Shown piece by piece: positions 28,659 through 41,811 of a stretch of 64,000 nucleotides of DNA. Each line of letters begins with the position of its first letter. Within the stretch, counting starts at the first letter, position 1. This DNA comes from Gemmatimonas sp. (GTDB lineage: Bacteria > Gemmatimonadota > Gemmatimonadetes > Gemmatimonadales > Gemmatimonadaceae). Below the pieces are notes generated by a model. It had not been told where the DNA came from. It made no database searches and worked only from the letters and a program-made list of their open reading frames with translations. The stretch covers positions 128,001-192,000 of the forward strand of contig OZ257156.1 of the NCBI GenBank assembly GCA_965279375.1. Direction: 5' to 3'. Made by a program: the position numbers and the translations under genes.

Positions 28659-29972
28659 GTGTCAATGCAGATCGGTCAGCAGCCTGCGACAGTGAGCCAC
28701 GCACTCACGCACTTCTGGCAGCGTGAGCGCGTGGCCGTCGTGGCCACGTTGATCGCGTCTGCACGCGGCGACTTCGACGAAGCGGAGGAGGCGCTCGCCG
28801 AGGCAATGCTGCGTGCGACGGAACGGTGGGAACGCGAGGGAATTCCTGAGCGTCCTGCGGCGTGGCTGCTCACCACGGCGCGGCGCATTCTCATCGACCG
28901 GGCGCGCCGCGCGACCGTTGCTTCATCGACAGAGTTGGGCGATACGGTGGCGCGCTCGTACGATAGTGATGATGACGGCGTGCACACCGGCCTGCCTGAC
29001 GAGCGTCTCGCACTGCTGTATACCTGCTGTCACCCCGCGCTCGCCCCGCTCGCGCAGCTCACCCTCGCGCTCAAGACCATCGGCGGACTCTCGGTGCGCG
29101 AGATTGCCCGCGCGTTGCTCGAAGCGGAATCCACCACGGCGCAGCGGTTGGTTCGCACCAAGCGAAAGATCCGCGATGCAGGCATTCCGTACCGCGTGCC
29201 GCAGCGCGACGAGTTGCCACAACGCACGGCAAGGGTTCGAGAGACACTCTATCTGCTCTTCAACGAAGGCTACGGCGCCACCGAAGGCCCGGTCTTTCTG
29301 CGCGTGGACATCGCAGAGGAAGCGATCCGCCTCGCGCGCCTGCTCGTGGTTATGGCGCCTGCTGACGCGGAATCACTCGGACTGCTCGCGCTCATGGTGC
29401 TGCACCACGCACGTCGCGACGCACGCGTCGATCAGGAAGGCGCGATCGTGCCTCTCGAGGAGCAGGACCGCAGCCGTTGGTTCCGTCGAGAAGTTCAGGA
29501 AGGGGAGCATCTGCTCGACCGCGCCATCGCGCTGCGCGATTCGGGCCCGTATCAGCTTCAGGCCGCGATTGCCGCGTTGCACTGTACCGCAGCGACTGCA
29601 TCCGCCACCGACTGGAAGCAGATCGCCATTCTGTACGGCGCGCTGCGCTTCGCCATGCCCACACCAGTCGTGGAGCTCAACGCCGCCGTCGCGCTGGCGA
29701 TGGTGCATGGCCCGGACTGGGGGCTTTCACAGCTCGACGCGCTGGCCACCGAGCGCGGCATGGCCAACTACCACCTGCTGCCGGCCGCGCGCGCCGACTT
29801 GTTGCGGCGCGCGGGACGATACGACGAGGCACGCGACGCGTATTCGCAGGCGCACGCCCTTGCCATGGGTGGTGCGGAACGCCGTTACCTGTTGCGTAGA
29901 GTCAGTGAGTTGCCGCCATCTTCGTCCGGTAGCACCATGGCGCCGCCAGCGTCGTTTCCCCGCACGAACTAG
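28659..29972 (+). CDS. ECF42-type sigma factor with C-terminal TPR extension
   Basis: AWLLTTARR, LYTCCHPAL, YLLFNEGY, LEEQDRSRW, YQLQAAIAALH; adjacent DGPF gene. Confidence 0.9.
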   Translation: MSMQIGQQPATVSHALTHFWQRERVAVVATLIASARGDFDEAEEALAEAMLRATERWEREGIPERPAAWLLTTARRILIDRARRATVASSTELGDTVARSYDSDDDGVHTGLPDERLALLYTCCHPALAPLAQLTLALKTIGGLSVREIARALLEAESTTAQRLVRTKRKIRDAGIPYRVPQRDELPQRTARVRETLYLLFNEGYGATEGPVFLRVDIAEEAIRLARLLVVMAPADAESLGLLALMVLHHARRDARVDQEGAIVPLEEQDRSRWFRREVQEGEHLLDRAIALRDSGPYQLQAAIAALHCTAATASATDWKQIAILYGALRFAMPTPVVELNAAVALAMVHGPDWGLSQLDALATERGMANYHLLPAARADLLRRAGRYDEARDAYSQAHALAMGGAERRYLLRRVSELPPSSSGSTMAPPASFPRTN

Positions 29973-30264
29973 CGACCGACTGCGGATGTCGCTGGCGCGC
30001 CGGCGTGGAGCAACCGCCGTGAGACGCTGAAATCTCGATCCCGGCGCGGCGGCCTCAGTCCGTTACGCAGAACGATGCAGCATGGACTGGGGGTCTATCG
30101 TGTCTTGGCCACAGTTGTGTGGCAACGTGACAACCATCACATATCATAGCTCAGTTGAAAGGGCTCTCTGCCGCCGGTGTGACGTCAGCTGCGCACATCG
30201 TAAGCTGTTGCCAATAAATCACTTGAGAAGATATGTCGACGCTGCGTTCGCGACGAACCGCCGC

Positions 30265-30280
30265 TGGTCCAGGTATTGCT
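30265..30280 (+). promoter_or_regulatory. Sigma54 -24/-12 promoter upstream of a PEP-CTERM gene
   Basis: TGGTCCAGGTATTGCT: GG-N10-GC with TTGC. Confidence 0.6.
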
Positions 30281-30338
30281 GTGATGCCGGCGGTCAGTAA
30301 ACGTCGACGTCCACCCTCCGCCACAGGCTGCCCCCTCC

Positions 30339-31001
30339 ATGTTTGCCTTTCGTCGCGTCCTCCGCCTCGCGGCCGCGCTCTCCACGGTCGCCTTCACGTC
30401 CACTGCCTCGGCGCAGCTTGTCACCTCCGTGGGCGCGCTGGGCTCGCCCAACAGCACCATCACGAATTTCGGACTCACCAACGCGATCGAGAGCAACGGC
30501 TTTACCGCCATCATCGGCGGTTCGGCCAACATCACCATGTCGTACACGGGCAACGACGGTCTCTACAAAGACTACTGCGGCTGGGGGCTCGGCTCGAACG
30601 GTAGCTCGTGCCTTACTCCCTCTGTAGGCATTAACCAGCAGGGGCTCCTGCGCTTCTCGTTCGGCAACGGCCTCATCTCCGGCGTAGGCGTGTCCATGAA
30701 CTACGCCCCCGGCACTTTCGGTCCCGTCTACATCCGTGCGCTGAGTGCCTCCAACGCGGTGCTCGCCCAGTATGAACTGAACGCGGACGCCCCGATTTCA
30801 TCCAACGCGTTTCAGTTTCGCGGCATTCAGTTCGGCGGCGCGTCCATCTCCGCATTTGAAGTCGAAGGTCAGGGCAACCCGTCGCCGATCATCGAGAGCC
30901 TGACGTACACCACCTCCACTGTGCCGGAACCGTCGACGGTTGTGCTCTTCGCCGCCGGCTTCGTCGCCATCGCGGGCGTTGTGCGTCGTCGCTCCGCCTG
31001 A
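30339..31001 (+). CDS. PEP-CTERM sorting domain protein
   Basis: Signal ASA/Q; C-terminal VPEPSTVVLFAAGFVAIAGVVRRRSA. Confidence 0.92.
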   Translation: MFAFRRVLRLAAALSTVAFTSTASAQLVTSVGALGSPNSTITNFGLTNAIESNGFTAIIGGSANITMSYTGNDGLYKDYCGWGLGSNGSSCLTPSVGINQQGLLRFSFGNGLISGVGVSMNYAPGTFGPVYIRALSASNAVLAQYELNADAPISSNAFQFRGIQFGGASISAFEVEGQGNPSPIIESLTYTTSTVPEPSTVVLFAAGFVAIAGVVRRRSA

Positions 31002-31129
31002 GCGCGCGTCCGTACCCAATAGTTACTAAGATTATCGGCGCCGTTCGCGCCGACTGATCCTCGCGGCGTAACGAGGCCCCGTGCAATGTGCATGGGGCCT
31101 CGTTGCATTTGCGAGCACGTTGGTGCCGG

Positions 31130-32548
31130 TCAGCAGCGGGTCAGATAGTTCAGCACATCGCCGGCGCTGTACCACTCACGTCCCGCCAGAAACTTGCCAA
31201 GCACCTTCACGTCGTCACCGCTCGTCACGATGGTCGGCTCGAGGACGCCGTCGTCGCGAACCTGGGGCGCACCGATGCAGGCACAGAGCGCGTTGCACAG
31301 GCACTGCCGATCGACGGTCTCTTCGATCGTGCCACCCTTGGCCAGAAACTGCGCTTCAGGTTCGGCTGCACAGCGATACACGAGCGCGCCATCCTCGCGC
31401 CGCACCGCCTCCCGCAGATAGCCCAGGTCGCACAACCGCTCCCGCGGTTCCACCGGCGCTTTGCTCGCGTCGTCCAGAATGATCTTGAACGGATAGCCCG
31501 TCGGCGAGGCACGCACATCGGTGCGAATGCGAAGTGCATCCTGCGCGGCGCCCGCGATCACGCGCGTCTTGATCTCGTCGGTGAAGCCAGACTCATCGCA
31601 GAACGCGAACAACGTGCCCACCTGAATTCCCGCCGCACCCTCGGCGAGCGCTTGCTCGAGCGCCTCGGGCGAGCCGACGCCGCCCGCCAGCCAGAAGGGC
31701 AAACCGATCTCCCGCATCACCGACAAGTCCACGATATCGCGTTCGCCGTAGATCGGCTCACCCGCCTCGTCGACCTTCAACGCACCGCGCGGTGGGGCAT
31801 TGTGTCCCCCCGCCGTCGGTCCTTCCACGATGAATCCGTCCACGCGCCCGTTCGACTTGCGTGCCAACGTCTGCGCCAGCGATCCCGCCGACACGATCGG
31901 GAAAAAGAGCGGCCGATGCAGCGGCGCGCTGGCCTCGGGGTTCGCGAGATGCGGATCGAACGTGAGCGACTCGGTGACGCCGGCGGGCAGTCCCGCCACA
32001 TCGAAGCGAATCGACGTGGGCTGATGCTGCGCGAGTGCATCGAGCGCACCCGGAATCTCGCGCGGAATGCCAGCGCCCATGAGGATCACATCGACGTTGG
32101 CCAGCATTGCGCCGTAGAGCGTCGGGAGCGTCGGCATCTGGATCTTGGTCAGGAGATTCATCCCCACCATGCCGTCGTGCCCTTCCTTGGCCAGCCACAC
32201 CTCCACGAACGCGGCCAGTACGGTGATCTGCTGTCGGAGCAACGATGCCTCCTGGCGATACAACGGCAGCAGACGATACGGCTGCCCGGCGGCGCGTCCA
32301 CCCTCGAGGAAGTACCCCTTCTCGACGTAGGCCACCACTTCGCGCAGAGGGAAGTGCGACATCGCACGACGCATGTCGCCATGCGGGTCGCCATCCTGAA
32401 GTCGGCGAATGAACACGGTGTCCAGCGCCGTGCCGGAAACCACACCCAGCTGTCCGCGCTGCGCGACCGATCGCGCCATGCGCCAGTTGGAGACGGCGAT
32501 GCCCATGCCGCCCTGGATGATTCGGGGAAAGCCTGCAGTCACAGTCAT
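31130..32548 (-). CDS. Nitronate monooxygenase-family FMN enzyme
   Basis: IIQGGMG, VEGPTAGGHN, LAGG, IQVGTLF, SPTGYP. Confidence 0.85.
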   Translation of the reverse strand: MTVTAGFPRIIQGGMGIAVSNWRMARSVAQRGQLGVVSGTALDTVFIRRLQDGDPHGDMRRAMSHFPLREVVAYVEKGYFLEGGRAAGQPYRLLPLYRQEASLLRQQITVLAAFVEVWLAKEGHDGMVGMNLLTKIQMPTLPTLYGAMLANVDVILMGAGIPREIPGALDALAQHQPTSIRFDVAGLPAGVTESLTFDPHLANPEASAPLHRPLFFPIVSAGSLAQTLARKSNGRVDGFIVEGPTAGGHNAPPRGALKVDEAGEPIYGERDIVDLSVMREIGLPFWLAGGVGSPEALEQALAEGAAGIQVGTLFAFCDESGFTDEIKTRVIAGAAQDALRIRTDVRASPTGYPFKIILDDASKAPVEPRERLCDLGYLREAVRREDGALVYRCAAEPEAQFLAKGGTIEETVDRQCLCNALCACIGAPQVRDDGVLEPTIVTSGDDVKVLGKFLAGREWYSAGDVLNYLTRC

Positions 32549-32752
32549 GGCGTCTCGATAGGGGAGCGCGCACCGCGCTCGAATTGGTCAGCTACCACTG
32601 CAGGGTACCCCACGCGCAGGTCCGACGTAATTCGCGAACCCCTGACAGCGCTGTGGGGGATACGCTGGGACGAGGCGATGTGCACGCCTCGCTTGACCGA
32701 GCGCGACGGATCACCAATAGTGGCCGCATCCCGCAGCCACGGAACTCGCCGA

Positions 32753-33772
32753 ATGCCGTATTACCACTCGCTCAACCCGGCCAAACCGGAAGACCGTCGC
32801 ACCGCGGAGGGGCTGCTTCGACTCCGCGCCGCGCTCGCGCAGGAAATTCCGGCCAAGACCACAGAGTCCACGCTCCTCATCGCGTCGTGGAACCTGCGCG
32901 AGTTCGGCGGCAACGTACTCGGTGGCCGCGAGCGCGAACCGCTGTTCTACATCGCCGAGATCATGAGCGCGTTCGATATCATCGCGGTGCAGGAGGTACG
33001 CGACAATCTCGAGGCGCTCGACCAGCTGATGAATATCCTCGGGAGCTGGTGGGACTACCTCGTCACAGACGTCACGCCGGGCGCGCAGGGCAATCGTGAA
33101 CGGCTCGCGTTCGTGTTCGACAAACGCAAAGTCGTCTTTGGCGGACTCGCGGGCGAAATCTCACCGCAGGCGGAAAAGGGCGAAGACGGCTTGCTCACAT
33201 CACCGCAAGCGTTCGCGCGGTCACCCTACCTCGCAGGCTTTCGCGCCGGCTGGTTCAAGTTCTCGCTCTGCACCGGGCACCTGTACTACGGCCTCTCCAA
33301 GCCGGACGACCCGCAGCGCGTTGTCGAGACGGAACAGCTGGTCGCGATGCTGCAAAAGCGGCTCGACGCCAAGGATCGCTGGGCGCGCAACATCGTCCTG
33401 CTCGGCGATTTCAACGTCTTCAGCAACGACGACGCGATGTTCAAGAAGCTCTACACCGTCTTCAAGCAGCCGCCCGGGCTGGCCACGGTGAAATCGAATC
33501 AGGATCGCACCAAGCCGTTCGATCAGCTCGCCTTCCTCTCGACGTCGAACATGAACGTCATCGACGATTCGAAAAGCGGTGTGTTCGACTACTATCAACA
33601 GGTGTATCGCGCGCAGGACGAAGCGGCGTACAACCGCGGCACCTCCAAACTCAGCTTCAAACAGTGGCGCAGCTACAAGATGAGCGATCATCTGCCGATC
33701 TGGTGCGAGGTAGGCATCGACTTCGGCATCGACTACCTGCAGGGGAAGGCGAAGGTCCCCGAACCCAGGTAG
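32753..33772 (+). CDS. Endonuclease/exonuclease/phosphatase (EEP) family protein
   Basis: ASWNL, DIIAVQEV, LLGDFN, FDQ, MSDHLP. Confidence 0.85.
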   Translation: MPYYHSLNPAKPEDRRTAEGLLRLRAALAQEIPAKTTESTLLIASWNLREFGGNVLGGREREPLFYIAEIMSAFDIIAVQEVRDNLEALDQLMNILGSWWDYLVTDVTPGAQGNRERLAFVFDKRKVVFGGLAGEISPQAEKGEDGLLTSPQAFARSPYLAGFRAGWFKFSLCTGHLYYGLSKPDDPQRVVETEQLVAMLQKRLDAKDRWARNIVLLGDFNVFSNDDAMFKKLYTVFKQPPGLATVKSNQDRTKPFDQLAFLSTSNMNVIDDSKSGVFDYYQQVYRAQDEAAYNRGTSKLSFKQWRSYKMSDHLPIWCEVGIDFGIDYLQGKAKVPEPR

Positions 33773-33776
33773 CGGC

Positions 33777-36606
<2,830 letters not shown>

Positions 36607-36657
36607 TCGACTCTTGCACCTGTGGAAACCGGACGTTAGACGTCCGGTGATGGCCTC

Positions 36658-37572
36658 ATGAGCGCGGCGCTCAAACAGTATCTCGCCTTTCGCCGATCGC
36701 TGCCGCCCAGACCACCGCTGGAACGGGTCGTGGTGCGAGCTCGCGGTCTCGACTTCGCCGTGTGCCGTACGCCCGCGGTGCGCGGCGCATTGCCGTTGCT
36801 CTGCATCAACGGCGGCCTGCTCTTCGGCCACGAACTGCTCTGGCCCGCACTCGCGCCACTCGCACAGCATCGGCAGTTGATTTTCTACGACCAGCGGGGC
36901 CGAGGCGCGTCAGCCGTTCCACCGGGCATCAACGCGTCGCGCATCACGTTTGACGGCGATGACGCACCTGCGCTGCGACGTGCGCTCGGCATCGATCGAT
37001 GGGACGTCCTGGGGCACTCGTGGGGCGGCGGTATAGCGATGCTGGCCACCGCGGCCGATCAGGAAGCGGTACGCCGACTTGTGTTGGTGTGCGCCGTGGG
37101 TGTGACGGGCGACTGGCTTCCCGGCCTGCACGACGCCGCACTCGCGCGCCTCCCTGAAGCGCAGCGCGATACACTCGCCGCATTCGACACAGCCCGGCTG
37201 CGTGAGCCCGATCTCGCTTACCATGCCGCGTACACGAAAGCGTTCTTCCCGGCGTACTTCGCCGATCCCACCTTCGCGTCCGCCATCACGCCACCGACCG
37301 GCACCAGTCACACCGGCGCCGTGATTGCCGCGCGACTGCGCACCGAGGGCTACGACTGGAGCGATCGCGTGCGTGACGTGCGCACGCCAACGCTCGTCGT
37401 CCATGGCGCCGCGGACATTCTGCCAACCAGCCTTGGCGAACGCACTGCGCGCACTCTTTCCAACGCCCTGCTGCTCACCTTGCCGGGCGTTGGTCACAAC
37501 CCGTTCTGGGAAGCGCCCGCAACGTTCTTCGCCGACGTGGACGCCTTCCTGCGCGCGGAGCCACCTTCCTAG
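36658..37572 (+). CDS. Alpha/beta hydrolase (proline iminopeptidase-like)
   Basis: YDQRGRG, GHSWG, HGAAD, GH. Confidence 0.8.
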   Translation: MSAALKQYLAFRRSLPPRPPLERVVVRARGLDFAVCRTPAVRGALPLLCINGGLLFGHELLWPALAPLAQHRQLIFYDQRGRGASAVPPGINASRITFDGDDAPALRRALGIDRWDVLGHSWGGGIAMLATAADQEAVRRLVLVCAVGVTGDWLPGLHDAALARLPEAQRDTLAAFDTARLREPDLAYHAAYTKAFFPAYFADPTFASAITPPTGTSHTGAVIAARLRTEGYDWSDRVRDVRTPTLVVHGAADILPTSLGERTARTLSNALLLTLPGVGHNPFWEAPATFFADVDAFLRAEPPS

Positions 37573-37582
37573 CTCGCACTAC

Positions 37583-38419
37583 ATGAGACTCGCCGAACGT
37601 CTGCTGCTCGTGTGTGTCGCAGCGCTGGCGGGTTTCATCGGAACACAGACGCTGCAATCGCAGCGCACTGCGGAGCATCGCGAGGTCGCCGGCGCAATCG
37701 CCCCAACGCATTCGGCGCGTTCAAGTGATGCGGTCGGCAGCGTCGAATATGTCGCCGCGCTGCGCACCGAAGCGTCATTCGGCACCACCAGCCCGGAAGT
37801 CAGCACCGTTGCCGAGCGCGCTCCAAGCAGCACCACGCCGCGTTCACTCGAGCCGCGCGAACTACGAATGCGCCTCTCCATCGGAGCCTTCGGCACCTAC
37901 ATCGACGATCTCGTCAACGCCCGCGACTCCGCCATCACGCGCTGGCCCGATCGCCTCTCCACACCGCTTCGCGTCTGGATCGCCGAAGCGGAGAACGTGC
38001 CGGGGTGGAACAGCGACTTCATGCCCGCTGTACGCGACGCCTTCGACACCTGGGTGCAGGTGGGCGTGCCCGTGCACTTCACGTTCGTGGTCGACTCGAG
38101 CACCGCCGACGTGCACGTCGGCTTCGTCGAGCGCTTCAACAACGGCATCAGCGGCAAGACCACCTGGAGTCGCAACGCCGCATTCTGGCTCGTCTCGAGC
38201 GAGATCACGCTCGGCGTCGCCCATCCCACCGGCGGCACTGTCTCACCGCCGCAGATGCGCGCCATCGCCCTGCACGAGGTCGGACACCTGCTCGGCCTCG
38301 ATCACTCGCGCGATCTCGACAACATCATGTCGGCCCGCATTCGCGTGCGAGAACTGACGGAAGCTGACCGCGCCACGGTGCGGCTGCTGTATTCCGTGCC
38401 AGCTGGCTCCGTCAAGTAA
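37583..38419 (+). CDS. Matrixin-family (metzincin) zinc metalloprotease
   Basis: HEVGHLLGLDHS plus Met-turn NIM; N-terminal anchor. Confidence 0.85.
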   Translation: MRLAERLLLVCVAALAGFIGTQTLQSQRTAEHREVAGAIAPTHSARSSDAVGSVEYVAALRTEASFGTTSPEVSTVAERAPSSTTPRSLEPRELRMRLSIGAFGTYIDDLVNARDSAITRWPDRLSTPLRVWIAEAENVPGWNSDFMPAVRDAFDTWVQVGVPVHFTFVVDSSTADVHVGFVERFNNGISGKTTWSRNAAFWLVSSEITLGVAHPTGGTVSPPQMRAIALHEVGHLLGLDHSRDLDNIMSARIRVRELTEADRATVRLLYSVPAGSVK

Positions 38420-38717
38420 CATCGGCCGTTGGTCGCCGCAGCCGTTCGAACGAGATCGGCAGCGTAAGCGAGCTCATCATTGCCGAAATATCGCGAGCGT
38501 TAGCGAGCTCGACTTCTGCCACGAAATCACCGGCGAGCTCGACCTTAAATCGCGGGTTTTCAGAGTGAAAACGGGTGCTTTTGCAACGATTCGCCAACTC
38601 CCACGATTCTGTGCGAAATGACCTCTTGACGCTCATGCGTGTTGCACCAAGATTGTCCCACAGCGAGGACGGTCACGGTATGCCCGCACCGCTGTCCCTT
38701 TCACCTATCAGCGATTC

Positions 38718-39389
38718 ATGAAGAACCTCCGCAGCCGTCTGTTTGCCGCCGTACTCGGCGCCTCCGCGCTTGCCTTCGCGCCCGCGGCGCAGGCGCAGAC
38801 GCTCTCCGGTCGCATGACCGTCGACAACTACTTCACGGCATACCTGAGCACGAGCGCGACCTCGCTCGGGACCGCTCTCATCAGCGGCAGCAACTGGCCG
38901 AGCACGTACTCGTTCAGCACGCAGCTGAATCAGGGTCAGAACTACTTCCTGCACATTGCGGCTGGTGACTACGGCGTCATCTCCGGCGTGCTGGGATCGT
39001 TCTCGCTGGCCGGCTCTGGCTTCCAGTTCGCCAACGGACAGCAGACGCTCAACACCAACACGACCAACTGGACGGCCAGCCTCGGCGCGACGCTGCCTTC
39101 AGCCGGTGGCCCGCAGGTCAACCCGCCCGTGTCTTTCGCGAGCCCGGTTGGCGCGCTTCCGACGGGCATTCGCAGCCAGGGCACGAACGGCGTGAACCCG
39201 TGGGGCAATCAGTTCCCGACGATCTCGTCGCAGGCCCAGTGGATCTGGACCACGGACAACTGCATCAACTGCGGCCGCTACTTCACGACGGTCATCACGT
39301 CGACGGTTCCTGAGCCCAGCACGTGGGCGCTCATGGCGACCGGCTTGGTCGCGATCGTGGTCGTCGGACGTCGTCGCCGCTCGGTCTAA
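38718..39389 (+). CDS. PEP-CTERM sorting domain protein
   Basis: Signal AQA/Q; C-terminal VPEPSTWALMATGLVAIVVVGRRRRSV. Confidence 0.92.
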   Translation: MKNLRSRLFAAVLGASALAFAPAAQAQTLSGRMTVDNYFTAYLSTSATSLGTALISGSNWPSTYSFSTQLNQGQNYFLHIAAGDYGVISGVLGSFSLAGSGFQFANGQQTLNTNTTNWTASLGATLPSAGGPQVNPPVSFASPVGALPTGIRSQGTNGVNPWGNQFPTISSQAQWIWTTDNCINCGRYFTTVITSTVPEPSTWALMATGLVAIVVVGRRRRSV

Positions 39390-39410
39390 GCGACGCAGCA
39401 GCAAACAAGG

Positions 39411-39449
39411 CGGGGCGGAGAGACGACACTGTCTCTCCGCCCCGTTTCT
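39411..39449 (+). terminator. Rho-independent terminator
   Basis: CGGGGCGGAGAGAC-GACACT-GTCTCTCCGCCCCG-TTTCT. Confidence 0.8.
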
Positions 39450-39625
39450 ATTTGCGGCATCGAGAGCGGTGCTCCGGCAGGGCGTAGACGGCAGCAAGCG
39501 CCTGCAGCGCGGCCGGACTGACAGCACACGTTCGACAGAGGCCACCAGGATGAACGTTCCCGGTGGCCCCCGAATCACCCGACGCAGGCCGAGCCCGAGA
39601 GGCTCGGCAATGGCACTTCGATTCG

Positions 39626-41002
39626 CTACCAGCGCACCGTCACGGTACGCGGTGCCGCGCCACGCGCAACGACCGTCAGCTTGACCTCGCGCGATCCACT
39701 CGCGGAGAAGGCGCGACGCATGACCGTGAAATCGCGCACCGGCGCACCATTGACGGCACGGATCACCTCGCCCGCACGAATGCCGGCGTCCGCCACAGGC
39801 GTGCCAACCGGAGCACGCATCACCAGTAGCCCCGGCTCAACTCCCAGGCTCTGGGCAAAGTCCTCGTCCACTACCGACAGCTGCGCGCCCGCGATGACCG
39901 CGATCCCCGTGCTCGGAAAGAGCAGACCGGTGGGCGGCAACGGCACAGGAGGCGACGCCGGGGGAGGCGGCGACGGCGGCACGACGTTGAAGCTGAACGT
40001 ACTCGACATCTCGCACACGGAGCCCGTGCTGCAGGTGGAGCGAACGACCGAGACATTGCGATCCGACTGCGGACGCGCCGCCACGGTGACCGGATACTCG
40101 CGTGTACGCGCCCCGCGCCTCACGCGCATGCGAAGGACCTGACCGGGTACCAGCAGCTCACCGTAGTTCACCACATGCAACCGCACGTCGCGACCGTTGT
40201 ACGCCGTCACCGTATCGCCCGCGATGATTCCCGCCTTCTCCACCGGCGAGCCCGCGTCCACCGCTTCGATCACCGGATAGTCGCAGTAGTTGGTCAGCGG
40301 CCCGTCCGGAGACATCACCGTGATCTTCGATTCGGACAGATGCATCCCGAGCCAGCCCGCCGGCGATGACGAGCGCAACGGCGCGCGACTCGGCGTGCCG
40401 CTGCGCGCCGCCTCGGCGAATGCCGCGATCTGCGGCTGCATCGAACGGATCGCGATTTCGATTTCCGGACCCATCATGCGCAGCGAACTGTCCATCATCG
40501 GCGCGATCGTCCGAAGGCTGCCCTCGAGGATCGGCGTGACGGCCCGCAAACCATTCTCCATCGTCTCGAACAGCATCACGTTCGGCGTGAGCAGTCGTCC
40601 ACCCACCATACGCGGAATCGAATCACCACGCCGAATCGTGATCGACTCGCCGTCGCTGCCATCGGGGTTCTTGTAGCGCACCACGATCTGCATCAGCGAA
40701 TCGACACCACGCTGCGCGCGCGAAATGCGACGGATGTCCAACGTGCGATTCGAATCCGTGCGCTGTCCGACCAGCACGGCCGCGTTGTCGAGCTCTCGCT
40801 TGAGGCGCAACAACGCGCGCCCCTCGGGACCATCGGTCAGCATCGTCGGCGATGAGGTCAACTCCACACAACGCGCCGACGAGACGCTGCTCGTGGACGT
40901 GACTCGCTGACGCGTCTGCTGGGCGTCGGCACTGTGCAGCGCGACGCCGCCGAGCGTCAGCGCTGCGATCGCGCGATAGCGGGCGAGGAGTATCGGTCGC
41001 AT
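39626..41002 (-). CDS. Exported protein with two PDZ domains
   Basis: Signal peptide; GWLGM…AVDAGSPVEKAGIIAGDTVTAYNG and PVGTPVADAGIRAGEVIRAVNG. Confidence 0.8.
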   Translation of the reverse strand: MRPILLARYRAIAALTLGGVALHSADAQQTRQRVTSTSSVSSARCVELTSSPTMLTDGPEGRALLRLKRELDNAAVLVGQRTDSNRTLDIRRISRAQRGVDSLMQIVVRYKNPDGSDGESITIRRGDSIPRMVGGRLLTPNVMLFETMENGLRAVTPILEGSLRTIAPMMDSSLRMMGPEIEIAIRSMQPQIAAFAEAARSGTPSRAPLRSSSPAGWLGMHLSESKITVMSPDGPLTNYCDYPVIEAVDAGSPVEKAGIIAGDTVTAYNGRDVRLHVVNYGELLVPGQVLRMRVRRGARTREYPVTVAARPQSDRNVSVVRSTCSTGSVCEMSSTFSFNVVPPSPPPPASPPVPLPPTGLLFPSTGIAVIAGAQLSVVDEDFAQSLGVEPGLLVMRAPVGTPVADAGIRAGEVIRAVNGAPVRDFTVMRRAFSASGSREVKLTVVARGAAPRTVTVRW

Positions 41003-41811
41003 CAGTAACCTTCGATCGTCTTGTCCACCGGCAACGCGCTGCTCAACTGCTGCAACGTGGCCTCACGCGCGGTGGAAGCGGACAGGAAATAGTGATTCAA
41101 CACCGGATCCTGCGGGGCATCGCGCAGCGCGGCCCGCGAGGCCGCCATCATCTGGTCGAGCGCCGCCAGACGCGCACGATACACATCCGGCGAACGCACC
41201 GTCGTGTCGTTGGCGGCCAACCACAACGACGCCCGCTCGTACTCACGCTGCGCCGTGGTGAGCACCTCGGTCGCCTGCGCAACGGACGCGAACGACTCGA
41301 CATTGCTGCGCGATGCTGGTTGCAGACTCGTCGCACCATCGCGCGCAGCGGTCGCGACGCGTCCGCTCGTGCCTGAAGCGAGGTCCGTCCTCGCGCTCGC
41401 CGACCATCGCCCCGCCACCACGCCGGTCGCCATCAAGGCGATGGCCGCTGCGGCCTGCATCCACATCGGCAACGCGCGCGGCGCGCCAGCAGCCGCGGTC
41501 ACGCCGCCGCCCCGCGTGATGCGCGCGCTCGACCCGTCCAAGGCCCGCACCACCAGCGGCGACTCCGACGCGACGGCATCCGACGCGCTCGTGAGCAGTC
41601 CCTCGCGGCGCAGTGCCACCGACAGCGAATCCCAGTCGGACACGCGCGAAGTCTCCGCGTGCGCGTACTCCCCAACCGCGCGCTGCAGCAGCGCCTCGTA
41701 TGAAGCACGCTCGGTGCGGCATTCGGCGCATGCGCTCAGATGCGCGAGCTCCTCAGGGGTCGGGAGCTCGTCGGCCAGCGCGGCCAGTCGTTCAGAATCC
41801 AGGTGCGGCAT
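41002..41811 (-). CDS. Zinc-finger (ZAS) membrane anti-sigma factor
   Basis: MPHL…HLSACAEC (HxxxCxxC), one TM, downstream of an ECF sigma gene. Confidence 0.8.
   Translation of the reverse strand: MPHLDSERLAALADELPTPEELAHLSACAECRTERASYEALLQRAVGEYAHAETSRVSDWDSLSVALRREGLLTSASDAVASESPLVVRALDGSSARITRGGGVTAAAGAPRALPMWMQAAAAIALMATGVVAGRWSASARTDLASGTSGRVATAARDGATSLQPASRSNVESFASVAQATEVLTTAQREYERASLWLAANDTTVRSPDVYRARLAALDQMMAASRAALRDAPQDPVLNHYFLSASTAREATLQQLSSALPVDKTIEGY

Noticed and set aside
31088..32752. Apparent 555-aa N-terminal extension making an 894-aa EEP fusion
   Set aside because: It is the antisense shadow of the nitronate monooxygenase gene; the EEP protein starts at ATG 32753
38420..38717. 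Repeated GCGAGCTC(GAC) motifs and a possible sigma54 box before the second PEP-CTERM gene
   Set aside because: No GG-N10-GC with correct spacing found, and the repeats are too short to assign
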